Shown: positions 29,542-39,221 of the stretch, piece by piece
How positions within the stretch are numbered: the stretch's first letter is position 1
Layout of the letters: each line of letters begins with the position of its first letter
Assembly: GCA_963827475.1 (NCBI GenBank)
Contig: CAWHAZ010000005.1
Coordinates: 153,048 to 217,047 of the forward strand
DNA: 64,000 nucleotides
Direction of reading: 5' to 3'
Origin: an uncultured Chloroflexia bacterium
GTDB taxonomy: Bacteria; Chloroflexota; Limnocylindria; QHBO01
The notes under the pieces: generated by a model
Database searches by the model: none
What the model was told of the DNA's origin: nothing
What the model saw: only the letters and a program-made list of their open reading frames with translations
Made by a program: the position numbers and the translations under genes

Positions 29542-30571
29542 ATGCGCCCTCGCTCCCACTCCCTGGCCGTCGCGGCACTCATGCTCGCGGTGGTCGCCTG
29601 TACGCCGACCGCGTCCCCGAGCCCCAGCGACCTCGCGGAGCCATCCGCATCGGCATCCGCGTCGTCCGCCGGGCCGCTGCGAGAGGTCCGCCTCCTGCTC
29701 GGGTTCCGCCCGGACGTCCAGTTCGCCCCGTTCTACCTCGCCCAGCAGGAGGGCTTACTTCGCCGAGGCGGGGCTGGAGGTCAGCATCGAGCATGCCGAC
29801 GGCGGGGAGCTCATCCGCCTGGTGGCCGACGGCCAGGCCGAGTTCGGGGTGGCCGACGCCACCGACGTCATGATCGCGCGAACCGCCGCCATCCCGGTCA
29901 CCTACGTCTCCACCCTCTACCAGTTCTTCCCGGTGGCGCTCATCGGCCCGACCGGCTCGGTCCCGTCGGACCCTGCCGACCTGGCGGGCCTGACCATTGG
30001 CACGCCCGGGCGGTTCGGCTCCTCGTGGCACGCCCTGCTCGCCCTGCTGGATGCCGGTGGGCTCACGCCGGACGACGTCACGATCCGCGCGTACCCGCAG
30101 TTCAACCAGGTGGAGGGGCTGCTGAACGGCGACGTCGACCTCATCACCGGCTTCCGCAACAACGAGCCGCTCCGACTGGGCGCAGAAGGCATGGAGACCG
30201 ACCTGCTGACCGTCGATGACGTGGCACCGCTGCCGGGGCCGGGCGTGATCGTGGGTGACGAGCTGCTCGCTACGGACGCCGACCTGGCGCGTGCCTTCGC
30301 GTCGGCGGTGGTGGCGGCCCAGCAGGCCATCGTCGAGGACCCCGAATCGGGACTCCGCGCGGCCGTGAACGCGATCCCGACTCTTTCCGAGGACGAGGCG
30401 ACGGCCCTCGCCGTGCTGGAGGCCACGATTCCGATCTGGCTCGGCTCAGGGTCCGCGGTGGACGGGATCATCAACGAGCCCGCCTGGGAGAGCGGCTACC
30501 AGATCATGCTCGACCTGGCGTTCATCGACGGTTCGGTCCCGCTGGAGGAGATGTTCGTCAACCTCCAATGA
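29542..30571 (+). CDS. NMT1/THI5-like substrate-binding lipoprotein (ThiY-like), frame broken near 29755
   Basis: AAAGGA RBS. Signal peptide plus lipobox (LMLAVVAC). FRPDVQFAPFYLAQQEG is followed by an extra t, then YFAEAGLEVSIEHADGGE... continues in the next frame. Confidence 0.8.
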
Positions 30572-31301
30572 GGAAGACGACGCCGGTCACCACGAGGACG
30601 ACCTCGATGACGGCGATGAAGATCCGCTCGGACATCCGATCCACGATCCGCTTGCCGATCCAGGTGCCGGTGAGCATGGCCGGCACCATCAGCAGGCCAA
30701 GCGCCCCCATGAACGGGGTCAGGATCGCCGCGATGCCGTAGGCGACCAGCTTCGCCACCTGCATGACCACGCTGGCGGCCGCCTCGGTACCGATGTAGGC
30801 GCTCTTCACCAGCCCGGCGGCGAGGAAGAAGGGAGCCATGATCGGACCGATGGATCCGACCAGGGCCGACGCAAAGGCGAAGACCGCACCGATGACGGTG
30901 AACGTCCGCGGGCCGAGGACGCCGGACGGCCGCGGCCGGAGGTGGCGCCACGCCACCGACGCCAGCAGGAATGCGCCGATGAGCCGGGTCAACGCCTCCA
31001 GCGGGGCGGCGGCGAACAGGAATCCGCCGATCAGCGCGGCCGGGATGCCGCCCAGCGCGAACCAGCCGACGATTTGCCACGAGATCGAGCCACGGTTGAG
31101 GGCCACCCGTGATCCGTTGCTCACCAGGCCGGCGACGGCCAGGATGGGGATCGCATCGCGAGGCCCGAACAGGGCGACCAGGATCGGGAGCAGGATGGCG
31201 GCACCGCCGAAGCCGGCGACCGCGGCCACGATGCTGGCCACGAACGCGCCGGCCAGCAGCAGCGCCACCTCGGGCAGGTACTCGATGACGGAATCCGCCA
31301 T
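30558..31301 (-). CDS. sulfite exporter TauE/SafE family membrane protein
   Basis: DUF81/TauE topology with two 4-TM halves ([13 protein letters not shown]...). Convergent with the binding-protein gene and coupled to folD. Confidence 0.8.
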   Translation of the reverse strand: MADSVIEYLPEVALLLAGAFVASIVAAVAGFGGAAILLPILVALFGPRDAIPILAVAGLVSNGSRVALNRGSISWQIVGWFALGGIPAALIGGFLFAAAPLEALTRLIGAFLLASVAWRHLRPRPSGVLGPRTFTVIGAVFAFASALVGSIGPIMAPFFLAAGLVKSAYIGTEAAASVVMQVAKLVAYGIAAILTPFMGALGLLMVPAMLTGTWIGKRIVDRMSERIFIAVIEVVLVVTGVVFLIGG

Positions 31302-31310
31302 CGGTATCGG

Positions 31311-32174
31311 TCAGGCGCGCGAGGGAGATGCCGCCAGGCGCTCCGCGGCGGTGACGACCTGGTCGAGGAGCATGATCGTGGTCACCGGCCCGACGCCGCC
31401 GGGGACCGGGGTGATCGCCGCCACGACCGGCTGCACCCGCTCGAAGTCGACGTCGCCGACCACGCCGTCCGGGGTGACGTTGATGCCGCAATCCACGACC
31501 ACGGTGTCGGCATGCACGTGCTCCGGACCGATGAGGCCCGGCTTGCCGACGGCCACCACCAGGATCTCCGCCTGCTGGGTTTCGGCGACGACGTCCTCCG
31601 TCTCGCTGTGGGCGACCGTCACCACCGCCCCGTGGTTGGCCAGCAGGGCGGCCGTCGGCTGGCCGACGACCTTCGAGCGGCCGACGACCACCACCCGGCG
31701 CCCCGTGATCGACACCTGGTGATGCTCGAGGATCTCGAGCACGGCCACCGCGGTGGCCGGCACGAACCCCTCCTCGCCATGTGCAAGCCGGTCGGCGTTG
31801 ACCGGGCTCGCGCCGTCCACGTCCTTGGCCGGGTCGACGAGCGCTCCGATGGCGTCCGGATCGAGGTGGGCCGGCACCGGATAGATGACGACGATGCCGG
31901 TCACCGCGCCGTCCGCGTTCAGGGCGGCCATCGCGGACGCCGCTCCGGTCAGGTCGACGTCATCCGCCAGGCGGACGTCCGACGGGTGCACCCCGATGGC
32001 GCTGGCCGCGCGCGCGAGGCTCTGCGCGTAGTGGACCTCCGGTCCGGTGTCCGCGAAGCGGACGATGGCGAGACCGGGCGGCCGTGCTTCCGCGGTCAGG
32101 GTGGCGACCCGTTCCGTCAGCTCCGCGCGGCGGCGCGCCGCGATCGAGCGGCCCTCGAGGATCCGGCCACTCAT
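31311..32174 (-). CDS. folD: bifunctional 5,10-methylene-THF dehydrogenase / methenyl-THF cyclohydrolase
   Basis: [18 protein letters not shown] and [10 protein letters not shown] motifs. ATGA overlap with the upstream cyclodeaminase gene. Confidence 0.9.
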   Translation of the reverse strand: MSGRILEGRSIAARRRAELTERVATLTAEARPPGLAIVRFADTGPEVHYAQSLARAASAIGVHPSDVRLADDVDLTGAASAMAALNADGAVTGIVVIYPVPAHLDPDAIGALVDPAKDVDGASPVNADRLAHGEEGFVPATAVAVLEILEHHQVSITGRRVVVVGRSKVVGQPTAALLANHGAVVTVAHSETEDVVAETQQAEILVVAVGKPGLIGPEHVHADTVVVDCGINVTPDGVVGDVDFERVQPVVAAITPVPGGVGPVTTIMLLDQVVTAAERLAASPSRA

Positions 32175-32833
32175 CCGGCGATCCGCTGCCGGACCGCCGC
32201 GAGCGCCTCGGTCTCCCGGGCGGCCACCACCGACTCCAGCTCGGCGAGCTTCTTGGCTGCGTCGGATCGCAGCGCGTGCTCCTGGGGCAGGGCCGGGAGG
32301 TTGATGGCCACGTTGAAGGCCGCTCCCCGCGCCGCCGCGGCTGCGAACAGGGCGGCGACCCCGGCGTCGCTGATCGCGTTGCGATTGCCGATGGGAGCCA
32401 TGCGGGAGGCGAGGTCCAGGACGTCGACGGCCAGGCGCATGACCCGCAGCGGCACCTCGGTCGCGGCCACCGACGCCTCGGCGATGGCGGCGGTGCGGGC
32501 CGTCCGCTCCTCATCGGTTTCCCGCGGCAGCCGGCGTGCGTCGGCGACGCGGTCGTACGCCGCGGCGTCCTCCTCGGCAGCGTCCAGCAGCGCGATCCGC
32601 AGCTCGCCGGCCGCGGTCCTGATCTGTCTGGCGATGGGATCGACCGCGTCGTATCCCGCGCGACCGGCGGTCAGCTCGCAGACCATCTCCACCAGTGCCG
32701 CAGCCAGCGCCCCGCCCAGCGCGCTCGCGCTCCCCCCTCCCGGGGTGGGCGCACGCGAGGCGAGTCGCTCGGTCAGGTCACGAACGGTCAGCTCGGCCAG
32801 CGACGGTCCTGAGGGTGATACGGGGCTGCTCAT
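32171..32833 (-). CDS. formimidoyl-THF cyclodeaminase (FtcD C-terminal-domain-like, stand-alone)
   Basis: Cyclodeaminase/cyclohydrolase family signature (PTPGGGSASALGGALAAALVEMV...). Confidence 0.75.
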   Translation of the reverse strand: MSSPVSPSGPSLAELTVRDLTERLASRAPTPGGGSASALGGALAAALVEMVCELTAGRAGYDAVDPIARQIRTAAGELRIALLDAAEEDAAAYDRVADARRLPRETDEERTARTAAIAEASVAATEVPLRVMRLAVDVLDLASRMAPIGNRNAISDAGVAALFAAAAARGAAFNVAINLPALPQEHALRSDAAKKLAELESVVAARETEALAAVRQRIAG

Positions 32834-32929
32834 CGGCAGCCGATTGTAGGGGCAGGCATGTGGATGCCCGGCGGGCCCGCGGGAGAGGGGACGCGGCGCC
32901 CACCGGGCGGCTGATTGGGAACCCGGGTT

Positions 32930-33192
32930 CTAGGCGGCGGCGTCCAGGGCGTCGACGAACCAGCGCCGGCGGCGCGCGTCGAAGACCAGCTCCAGTGACT
33001 CGCCCGAATCGACCTCCACCACCACCGTCAGGCGAGGCGAGCTGCCCGCCGGGTAGGCCGCGCGTTCGTCACGGACGGCGCCCACCCGGGTCACCTGCAG
33101 GTCGCGGTCCGCGAACCGGACCCGTGCCGGGACGGCACGCCGGGCATCCCATGCCACGGAGGCCGCGACCGGGGTGATGGAGACGAGTGCCA
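32930..33192 (-). CDS. 87-aa hypothetical protein with its own upstream LexA box
   Basis: ATG at 33192 (MALVSITPVAASVAWDARRAVPARVRFADRDLQV...), soluble, no known motif. GAACAAATGTTC lies about 15-20 nt upstream. Confidence 0.4.
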
Positions 33193-33206
33193 TGCCCCGC
33201 ACAATA

Positions 33207-33218
33207 CGAACAAATGTT
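33207..33218. promoter_or_regulatory. Cheo-type LexA box GAACAAATGTTC
   Basis: A perfect GAAC-N4-GTTC palindrome between the dinB stop and the small-protein start. Confidence 0.6.
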
Positions 33219-34400
33219 CTAGTTGTCAAGGGGTCGGTCGGAGAACCGCCGATCCGGTGCGTCACGGAGGAGACGGGCTCGGGTGATCGCCTTGTCGCCG
33301 AACTTGTCGCGGACGGCATCGGTCGCCTCGGCCAGGCGCTGGACGCGCGGCCCGTCCTCGAACAGGGTCAGCTGCTGGGCGTTCGCCAGGGAGATGGCGG
33401 TGATCCCGATCAGCCGGACCGCCCGCCCCGGTTCGAGGGCCCTGTCCAGCAGCCGACGGGCGGCATCCAGGATGAGCTGCCCGTCGGTCGTCGGGTGCGG
33501 GAGGTGGGTCTGGCGGGTGAGGGTCTCGAACCCCTCGTACCGCAGCTTCAGCTGGACCCCGCCGGCGGCCATCCCATGCCGCCGCAGCCGGCTGGCCACC
33601 GACTCGGCGATCCACAGCAGCGTCCCGTCCAGGCCGGACCGATCGGTGACATCGGTGGTGAAGGTGTGCTCGTGACCGATGGACTTCGGCGCCTGCCCGG
33701 AGGTGACCCGCGACCGATCGATGCCCCGCGCCCGTTGCCCGAGCTCGAGGCCCATCCGCCCGAAGCGCCGGCGCAGGGTCTCGTCCGGCACGGCCGCCAA
33801 CTGGCCGATGGTCGTGACCCCGTAGTCGGCCAGCGCCTGCCGGACGCGCGGCCCGACGCCCCACAACCGGGTCACCGGCAACGGCGCGAGAAACTCCGCC
33901 TCCTCCCCGGGCGGGACGATCACCAGCGCGTCCGGCTTACGCAGGTCGGAGGCGACCTTGGCCACCAGCTTGTTGGTCGCCACCCCGACGCTGACCACCA
34001 GGCCAACCTCGTCGCGGACCCGTGTCTTGAGCGCCTGGCCGATGGTCGGCCCATCCCCGGCCGGTGCGCCGGTGACGTCGAGAAACGCCTCGTCCATGCT
34101 GATCGGCTCCACCAGCGGGGTGTAGTCGTCGAAGACGCCCATCACCTGGCGGCTGACCTCGGCGTACCGCTCGAACCGGCCCGGCAGGAACGCGGCCTGT
34201 GGGCACAGCCGGGCCGCGGTCCGCAGCGGCATGGCGGAGTGGACCCCGAACGCGCGCGCCTCGTAGGACGCGGCGCTGACCACGCCCCGATCGTCCCGCC
34301 GCCCGCCGACGATCACCGGCCGCCCGACGAGCGAGGGATCGTCGAGGACCTCGACCGACGCGTAGAACGCGTCCATGTCGGCGTGGATGATCGTGCGCAT
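33219..34400 (-). CDS. dinB: DNA polymerase IV
   Basis: MRTIIHADMDAFYASVEVLDDPSL...; Y-family motifs (DMDAFYASVE, SIDEAFLD). Confidence 0.9.
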   Translation of the reverse strand: MRTIIHADMDAFYASVEVLDDPSLVGRPVIVGGRRDDRGVVSAASYEARAFGVHSAMPLRTAARLCPQAAFLPGRFERYAEVSRQVMGVFDDYTPLVEPISMDEAFLDVTGAPAGDGPTIGQALKTRVRDEVGLVVSVGVATNKLVAKVASDLRKPDALVIVPPGEEAEFLAPLPVTRLWGVGPRVRQALADYGVTTIGQLAAVPDETLRRRFGRMGLELGQRARGIDRSRVTSGQAPKSIGHEHTFTTDVTDRSGLDGTLLWIAESVASRLRRHGMAAGGVQLKLRYEGFETLTRQTHLPHPTTDGQLILDAARRLLDRALEPGRAVRLIGITAISLANAQQLTLFEDGPRVQRLAEATDAVRDKFGDKAITRARLLRDAPDRRFSDRPLDN

Positions 34401-34415
34401 CGGGTTCGAATCCCG

Positions 34416-35567
34416 TCAGTCGGTGCCGGGGTACCGATCGTAGGCGCTCCGTCCGAGGAGCGGCAGGAGCCGGGCGCCCTCCGCTTCGAGCGCGTCGCGG
34501 TCCTTCGCCTTCAGGCGGCCGAAGGGCCGAAGCTCGAGCCGCGGCCCGTCGTCCGTGATCTGCTTGGGCAGCCACGTCCCGGCCACGGTCCCGTCGACGA
34601 GAAAGGTGGGCAGCACGTCGGCGTTCTTGGTGATGACCGCGGCCTGGTGGGCAGCGGGCAGGACCCGGGCGCGGTGTTTCGTCTCGTAGGCGAGCAACAG
34701 GCTGTCCCACCGGGCGAGGAGGCGTGGCGGGGCGGGCGTGTCGGGGTCGGGCCGGGGCGCCTTCGGCAGGTCGACCAGGGTCCGCCCGCCCTCATCGACG
34801 AACTCGACGAGCTCCTCGGCCATGGCCTTCACCACGGCGCGCCAGCGACCGACATTTCGACCACGGCCCACATAGGCGACGAGGTCTTCGACGCTGGCCG
34901 GCCCGAACGCGGCCAGGTACCGCCGGGCCAGGTAGGCGGCCGCGCGGTCCGGGTCAGCGTCCTCGGGACTGGGCGGCCCGAGCCACTCCTCGGCGGGGAG
35001 GTAGCGGGCCCGCCCGTACCGCTCACCGGCATACGGGACTTGGATCAGCGGCACGGTTCCGCTGAAGTGGCGCCACAACGGACGGTAGGGCGGGATCTCC
35101 GTCCGCCCCATCTCCGCCCGCAGGATGGTCTCGATCTCGTTGATCGCCAGCGGCCGCTCGGCCATGGACGCCAGGACGGCGGGGTGACCCCGAGCGATGC
35201 GCTTTCCAAGTGGCGAGGACACCGGGTCACGCTTGAACAAGAGCCGCCACTGGTCGAGGCGGAACGGGTGGGTCAGCGTCGCCATCGGCCAGTAGTCCGC
35301 CGCGCTGACGACGTGGACCGTCATCCGCATCAGCGGCGCCCGGACGATCGTCTTCCTGGCCCGTGCCCGCGCCAGGTCGACCGGCTTCGCCCGCGCAGCG
35401 AGGCGGCTGTGCAGGGCGAACGGCGGCCAGTCCGGGTGCTGGGCCTGGAGCGAGCCGGCCCGCTCCACCAGCCGCGCGACCGGCGCGCCTGTCAACGGTT
35501 CGAGCAGGCCCTGGCGGGCCAGCGTCGCCCGATTCAGAGCCTGGAGAGTGAGGATTGGCGGAGACAT
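34416..35567 (-). CDS. winged-helix DNA glycosylase-like protein (AlkZ/YcaQ family)
   Basis: LTLQALNRATLARQGLLEP... and overall length and composition are typical of the HTH_42/YcaQ family. It lies between lexA and dinB in one orientation. Confidence 0.65.
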   Translation of the reverse strand: MSPPILTLQALNRATLARQGLLEPLTGAPVARLVERAGSLQAQHPDWPPFALHSRLAARAKPVDLARARARKTIVRAPLMRMTVHVVSAADYWPMATLTHPFRLDQWRLLFKRDPVSSPLGKRIARGHPAVLASMAERPLAINEIETILRAEMGRTEIPPYRPLWRHFSGTVPLIQVPYAGERYGRARYLPAEEWLGPPSPEDADPDRAAAYLARRYLAAFGPASVEDLVAYVGRGRNVGRWRAVVKAMAEELVEFVDEGGRTLVDLPKAPRPDPDTPAPPRLLARWDSLLLAYETKHRARVLPAAHQAAVITKNADVLPTFLVDGTVAGTWLPKQITDDGPRLELRPFGRLKAKDRDALEAEGARLLPLLGRSAYDRYPGTD

Positions 35568-35618
35568 CGGTCGCGCTCCAGCCTAGCGGCCGCGTCGCGG
35601 CCGCCATCGGTCAGGTGG

Positions 35619-36281
35619 TCAGAGCTTGCGAATGACGCCGACGACCTTGCCCTGGATCTGGAGGTCGGTGGCGTAGATCGGTTCGAGCTCCGCGTTGGCC
35701 GGCTGGAGGCGAATCCGTCCGTCCTCGCGGTAGAACCGCTTGAGGGTGACCCCGTTGTCCTCCAGCAGCGCGACGACGATATCCCCGTCCTGCGCGGTGG
35801 CCTGCGGCTGGACGATGACGAAGTCGCCGTCGTCGATCAGGGCATCCACCATGCTCTTGCCGCGGACGCGCAGGACGTACGAGTCCTCGCGGGCCTGCAG
35901 CGAGCGCGGCACGTCCATGGGCTCCGGGTCCTGGTAGGCCTCCATCGGCTGGCCGGCGGCGATCTCGCCCACGAGAGGGAGCCGGATGACCTCGTGCTCG
36001 ACCGGCATCCGGAACGGCGTGACCCGACCCCGGGCGCTCGGCGGCGGCGCGATCATGGCCTCCCCGGCAGGCGTCAGGCGAAGGGCGCGCGACGAGCGGC
36101 CGCCCCGCTCGAGCTGGCCGGCGCGCTCGAGGGCGACCAGGTGGTGATGGACGGCCGACGTCGACGCCAGCCCGACCGCCTCCGCGATCTCGCGGACCGA
36201 TGGCGGGTAGCCCCGCTCGGCGACGGTCCGGTGGATGAACTCGATGATGCGCCTGCGGCGCTCCGCGTCGTGCCGGGTCAC
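35619..36281 (-). CDS. lexA: LexA repressor
   Basis: HTH followed by the S24 peptidase domain with AAG cleavage-site region and the Ser-Lys dyad (GKSMVDALI). GTG start. Confidence 0.9.
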   Translation of the reverse strand: MTRHDAERRRRIIEFIHRTVAERGYPPSVREIAEAVGLASTSAVHHHLVALERAGQLERGGRSSRALRLTPAGEAMIAPPPSARGRVTPFRMPVEHEVIRLPLVGEIAAGQPMEAYQDPEPMDVPRSLQAREDSYVLRVRGKSMVDALIDDGDFVIVQPQATAQDGDIVVALLEDNGVTLKRFYREDGRIRLQPANAELEPIYATDLQIQGKVVGVIRKL

Positions 36282-36296
36282 CGGGGCAGCCTAACA

Positions 36297-36308
36297 GAAC
36301 ACCTGTTC
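36297..36308. promoter_or_regulatory. Cheo-type LexA box GAACACCTGTTC in the lexA / DUF1232 divergent region
   Basis: A perfect GAAC-N4-GTTC palindrome 16 nt upstream of the lexA GTG and about 33 nt upstream of the divergent gene. Confidence 0.7.
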
Positions 36309-36340
36309 TAGTGTCAATCTCGGTGCTATCATCCGCGCCC

Positions 36341-36877
36341 ATGCTTCGTCCCGGCCGGTGGCGCTACCTGCGCTCCGCCAAAGTCATGCTCCAGCTGCCC
36401 ACCTACGCCCGCCTGGTGTGGGGACTCGCTCGCGATGCCCGCACGCCGATCGGCCTGAAGCTGCTGCTCGGCGCCGCGCTGACCTACGTGGTCACCCCGG
36501 TCGACCTGATCCCGGACGTGGTGCCCATCCTCGGGCACGCCGACGACCTGACCGTCCTGCTCCTGGTCCTCGACCTGTTCATCAGCAATGCGCCGGTCGC
36601 GGTTCGGGAGGAGCACTTGGCACGAGCCCGGACGGGTGAGGGCCAGCTGGACGAGGATCTGGCCCAGCTGCGTGTCCTGCTGGGTGATCGGTTCGACCGG
36701 ATCCGCGACAACCTGCCGCTGCTGCTCGAACGGTTCGGTGCGCTGGGGGACTCCGACGCCGTCAAGCGCCAGATCGGCGAATGGCGGTCGGCGCGGAGCC
36801 GGCCGGCTCGGTCCAGGGCCCGGCGGTCCAGGCCCGCGAAGTCCGGGCCGGCGCAGACCACAGTGGAGGCGGAATGA
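36341..36877 (+). CDS. DUF1232 (YkvA-like) membrane protein
   Basis: VDLIPDVVPILGHADDL is the DUF1232 signature. Ends 1 nt after the rplI start (overlap). Confidence 0.7.
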   Translation: MLRPGRWRYLRSAKVMLQLPTYARLVWGLARDARTPIGLKLLLGAALTYVVTPVDLIPDVVPILGHADDLTVLLLVLDLFISNAPVAVREEHLARARTGEGQLDEDLAQLRVLLGDRFDRIRDNLPLLLERFGALGDSDAVKRQIGEWRSARSRPARSRARRSRPAKSGPAQTTVEAE

Positions 36878-37320
36878 AGGTCATCCTCAAACGTGACGTG
36901 AAGGGCCTCGGCCGCGAGGGCGACCTTCGCGAGGTGAAGGACGGGTACGCCCGCAACCATCTCATCCCGACCGGGGCGGCGGTCCTCGCCGACCTCGGCG
37001 CGGTCCGCAACTGGGAGCGGCATCGCGACCAGCGGGACGAGCGAGACCGGTCGGTCCGTGCCGACGCGGAGGCCACCGCCGAGCGGATCGGGAGCCTCTC
37101 CCTGCAGATCGGCGTCAAGGCCGGCGAGCGAGACCGGCTGTTCGGGTCGGTCACGACCCGCGACATCGCCGACCGGCTGCGCCAGGAGGGCATCGAGATC
37201 GACCGCCACGACATCCACCTGCGCGAGCCGATCAAAACCGTCGGCGAGCACGAGGTCCGGGTCCATGTCCTGGCCGGGGTCGAGGCCCAGCTCAAGGTGG
37301 AGGTCGTCGCCGAGCACTGA
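36874..37320 (+). CDS. rplI: 50S ribosomal protein L9
   Basis: MKVILKRDVKGLGREGDLREVKDGYARNHLIP...; GGAGG RBS. Confidence 0.9.
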   Translation: MKVILKRDVKGLGREGDLREVKDGYARNHLIPTGAAVLADLGAVRNWERHRDQRDERDRSVRADAEATAERIGSLSLQIGVKAGERDRLFGSVTTRDIADRLRQEGIEIDRHDIHLREPIKTVGEHEVRVHVLAGVEAQLKVEVVAEH

Positions 37321-37324
37321 CCGG

Positions 37325-37344
37325 TCGCGACAGACAGCTGTCGC
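37325..37344 (+). terminator. hairpin CGCGACAG-acag-CTGTCGCG after rplI
   Basis: An 8-bp perfect stem 5 nt after the rplI stop. There is no U-tract, as is usual for high-GC terminators. Confidence 0.4.
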
Positions 37345-37457
37345 GGGTCCCGGCTATCAGTGAAGGGTGTTCTCCACAGCGCGCCGACAGGTTCGAGCCG
37401 CTTATCCCCGACGCCGTTTGACATCGGTTCATAAGGCGGTATCCGCCGACAACGCGG

Positions 37458-38834
37458 ATGCGTACGGTCACCGAACGCATGAGCATTGACCGCGTCGCCC
37501 CCCAGGCGGTCGAAGCCGAGCAGAGCGTGCTCGGCTCGATCCTCATCGACCCCGAGGCCATCCTCAAGGTCGGCGACTTCCTGCACGGATCCGATTTCTA
37601 CCGGCCGCAGCACGCGGACATCTACGAGGCCATGCTCGCGCTCCACACCCAGCGCGAGCCGATCGACCTCGTCACCCTCGGCGATGAGCTGACCCGACAC
37701 GACAAGCTGGAGGGCGTCGGTGGGCCGGCCTACCTGGCCACCCTGATGAACGCGGTCCCGACCGCGGTCCACGTCGAGCACTACGGGCGGATCGTCGAGC
37801 AGAAGGCCGTCCTCCGGAACCTGATCGCGGCCGCCGGGCGGATCGCGGCCGTCGGCTACGAGGAGGCCAACGACACGGCCGCGGCCATCGACCGGGCCGA
37901 GTCCATCCTGTTCGAGATCAGCCAGCGGCGCACGGTCGCCGGCTTCGAGACCCTGGCCACCCTCCTCGGCCAGGCCTACGACCGGCTGGAGTACCTCCAC
38001 GAGCACCGCGGACAGATCCTCGGCATCCCGACCGGCCTGGCCGGGCTGGACACCCTGCTCGGCGGATTCCAGCCCTCGGACCTCGTCATCCTCGCCGCGC
38101 GGCCCAGCGTGGGAAAGACGAGCCTGGCGCTCAACGTCGCGCTCCACGCCGCGGTCCACGAGCAGAAACGGGTCGCCATCTTCTCGCTCGAGATGAGCCG
38201 CGAGCAGCTCGCGCTCCGGCTCCTGTCCTCGGAGACCGGGATCAACCCGCGCCCCCTCCAGACCGGGTTCATGGAGGAGACGGACTGGTCGAAGATCGCC
38301 AAGGTGATGAACGACATGGCCACGGCCCGGATGTGGATCGACGACTCGCCCACCTTGTCGGTGCTGGAGCTGCGGACCAAGGCTCGGCGACTGGAAGTCG
38401 AGCAGCAGGGCATCGACCTCGTGATCGTCGACTACCTCCAGCTGATGCAGGCCTCGACCCCGACCCGCGAGCCGAATCGGGTCCAGGAGGTGAGCGAGAT
38501 CAGCCGTGGGCTGAAGAACCTGGCCCGCGAGCTGAAGGTCCCGGTTCTCGCCCTGTCGCAGCTGTCGCGCAACGTGGAGCAGCGGGGCAGCGCTGAGCCG
38601 CGCCTGTCGGACCTCCGCGAGTCCGGCTCGCTCGAGCAGGACGCGGACGTCGTCATCTTCCTGTACCGGGCTGAAGGGGAGCCCAACCCCGATGCCGACC
38701 TCGAACTGGTCAAGGCCAAGATCGCGAAGCACCGCAACGGCCCGATCGGGGAGGTCCCGCTTCAGTTCCGTCGGACCCAGACCCGCTTCTACTCGGTCGC
38801 GGCTCGGGAAGAGGTCGAAGTCACCCCGTATTAA
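37458..38834 (+). CDS. dnaB: replicative DNA helicase
   Basis: EAEQSVLGSILID..., Walker A PSVGKTS, no intein. A TTGACA hexamer lies about 50 nt upstream. The start could instead be the ATG at 37479. Confidence 0.9.
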   Translation: MRTVTERMSIDRVAPQAVEAEQSVLGSILIDPEAILKVGDFLHGSDFYRPQHADIYEAMLALHTQREPIDLVTLGDELTRHDKLEGVGGPAYLATLMNAVPTAVHVEHYGRIVEQKAVLRNLIAAAGRIAAVGYEEANDTAAAIDRAESILFEISQRRTVAGFETLATLLGQAYDRLEYLHEHRGQILGIPTGLAGLDTLLGGFQPSDLVILAARPSVGKTSLALNVALHAAVHEQKRVAIFSLEMSREQLALRLLSSETGINPRPLQTGFMEETDWSKIAKVMNDMATARMWIDDSPTLSVLELRTKARRLEVEQQGIDLVIVDYLQLMQASTPTREPNRVQEVSEISRGLKNLARELKVPVLALSQLSRNVEQRGSAEPRLSDLRESGSLEQDADVVIFLYRAEGEPNPDADLELVKAKIAKHRNGPIGEVPLQFRRTQTRFYSVAAREEVEVTPY

Positions 38835-38908
38835 GGGGGTTCCCTGCGCTCCATCGGCGTGTCATCATCGGCCGCTGGTTACGTCCCCGAACGCTGAGGA
38901 GAGGGCCT

Positions 38909-39211
38909 GTGTTCACTGACAAAACCATCCCATGCCGTGATTGCGGGATGGAATTTGTCTTCTCTGCTGGAGAGCAGCAGTTCTACCAGGAGAAGGGCCT
39001 GGCCCACGAGCCCCAACGGTGTCCGAGCTGCCGGGCGGTGGCCAAGCAGAACCGGGCCCTGGGCATCGGGACCGGCGGCGGGGTCCGGGAGATGCACGCC
39101 GCGGTCTGCGCCGAGTGCGGTGGGCAGGCCCTCGTGCCCTTCCTCCCACGCAACGACCGTCCGGTCTACTGCAGCACCTGTTTCGACAAGGTCCGCGCCC
39201 GCACCTCCTGA
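38909..39211 (+). CDS. double CxxC zinc-ribbon protein (100 aa)
   Basis: GTG start after GAGGAGAGGG. Two CxxC...CxxC modules (CRDCG...CPSCR; CAECG...CSTCF). Confidence 0.55.
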   Translation: MFTDKTIPCRDCGMEFVFSAGEQQFYQEKGLAHEPQRCPSCRAVAKQNRALGIGTGGGVREMHAAVCAECGGQALVPFLPRNDRPVYCSTCFDKVRARTS

Positions 39212-39221
39212 GCCGACACCG

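Noticed and set aside
34400-34418. A tRNA-like T-arm (GGGTTCGAATCCCG) between dinB and the AlkZ-like gene, considered as a tRNA gene or att-site remnant
   Set aside because: The stem has only 4 bp. No matching acceptor, D or anticodon arms are found in the preceding 70 nt, which are dinB N-terminal codons. It is most likely an incidental hairpin in a 16-nt intergenic spacer.
33174-36311. Very long ORFs such as 33174-36311 (+, 1045 aa), 40444-44319 (-, 1291 aa), 23010-26228 (+, 1072 aa), 55865-58390 (-, 841 aa), 17584-19644 (-), 3137-4714 (-) and 4593-5987 (-)
   Set aside because: They lie antisense to, or out of frame with, strongly conserved genes (dinB/alkZ/lexA, guaA/UPF0182, hutH, mreB and others). 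They translate to Arg/Gly/Pro/Asp-rich low-complexity sequence with no family motifs. This is the expected artefact of stop-codon-poor high-GC DNA.
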